Shown piece by piece: positions 63,481-64,000 of a stretch of 64,000 nt of DNA. Under the pieces are notes generated by a model, which was not told the DNA's origin, did no database searches, and saw only the letters and a list, made by a program, of their open reading frames with translations. The stretch covers positions 322,076 through 386,075 of the forward strand of contig JAIXOI010000023.1 of the NCBI GenBank assembly GCA_027486795.1. The letters run 5' to 3'. Made by a program: the position numbers and the translations under genes. Position 1 is the first letter of the stretch. The number at the start of each line of letters is the position of its first letter. The DNA comes from Sphingobacteriales bacterium. GTDB lineage: Bacteria > Bacteroidota > Bacteroidia > Chitinophagales > CAIOSU01.

Positions 63481-64000
63481 TTACCCACAACCCAAAAGCG
63501 CCAAAGCCAAACCACGACAAATACCGTAATGCTGGCTTATTGAACATGAAACTAACCTGATGTTTACCAGGTGGTAAATTAACGGCAACCAACGTTTCAC
63601 AAAAAGGGACAATAGGCGCTTTGTTTCCGTCAACGGTAGCTTCCCAACCCAAAAAGTTAGCCTGGCTCAGCACCAGCTTCCCGCCTGCTTGGCTTTCAGC
63701 ATTGAGCAATGCACTGCCTGGCCCCCATTGCTGCCAGCTTACTTGACCATTGCCTGCTTCAAAAAACGCCAGCGGATTGGCCAAGGCCACCTCTAAACAA
63801 GCACTTTCGTTAAACAAAGCGGTTTGCTTTAACTGAAAAGGATTGAAACCCAAGTGCCCCACTTGCTTATGTAGCGTATGGTGATTGTAATAGGTAGGCC
63901 ACAATGCCGCTTCAACATCAAAAGCGCTACCCAGCAGCCTATCGGTTGGCAGCGGAAAACCCTCAGGCAGCTTGTACTCTTCGGCCAAATAACGATGCAT
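63449..64000 (-). CDS. YfhO-family membrane protein, C-terminal part (5' end outside window)
   Basis: The C-terminal pattern GWEATVDGNKAPIVPFCETLVAVNLPPGKHQVSF plus a terminal TM helix supports the call. The ORF reaches the window edge. Confidence 0.5.
   Translation of the reverse strand: MHRYLAEEYKLPEGFPLPTDRLLGSAFDVEAALWPTYYNHHTLHKQVGHLGFNPFQLKQTALFNESACLEVALANPLAFFEAGNGQVSWQQWGPGSALLNAESQAGGKLVLSQANFLGWEATVDGNKAPIVPFCETLVAVNLPPGKHQVSFMFNKPALRYLSWFGFGAFGLWVIMALVGWRRR

Overview
This is a chromosomal window from a Bacteroidota genome. The evidence is the gliding/T9SS protein SprA, a T9SS C-terminal-domain propeller protein, TAnnTTTG-type -7 promoter boxes, G-poor leaders without Shine-Dalgarno sequences, and the ileS/dksA-like/lspA synteny. 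Ordinary housekeeping and accessory genes occupy 1-16.7 kb and 42.9-64 kb: a family-5 ABC-transporter substrate-binding protein (SBP), a TIGR01777 epimerase, a GH3/beta-lactamase fusion, sprA, ruvA, an aldose epimerase, SOD, KMO, NUDIX, lspA, ileS, an RND exporter, recO, and two small toxin-antitoxin-like pairs. Between ruvA and the aldose-epimerase gene (16.86-42.65 kb) lies a 25.8 kb, almost entirely minus-strand, phage-derived structural cluster. It encodes a large terminase (TerL), portal, ClpP-type prohead protease, major capsid protein (MCP), tape-measure-like protein (TMP), large tail/baseplate proteins, a beta-solenoid fiber and a 3TM holin. I could not recognise any integrase, repressor, replication module, small terminase (TerS), endolysin, tRNA or att repeat. 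The module order is non-canonical. The cluster carries a block of four putative glycosyltransferases (GTs), several independently transcribed morons (AAA/DUF4143/PD-(D/E)xK ATPase, secreted proteins, a FISUMP protein) and a T9 -1 slippery site joining two overlapping ORFs. Its intergenic spacers are built from short 7-8 nt tandem repeat arrays that I did not notice in the host intergenic regions I read by eye. The main hypothesis is a domesticated, gene-transfer-agent-like (GTA-like) or defective phage particle locus with virion or surface glycosylation capacity. All functional calls rest on motif recognition by eye, not on database searches. The supplied ORF track uses TTG as well as ATG starts and often over-extends N-termini; I trimmed several starts to the first plausible ATG.
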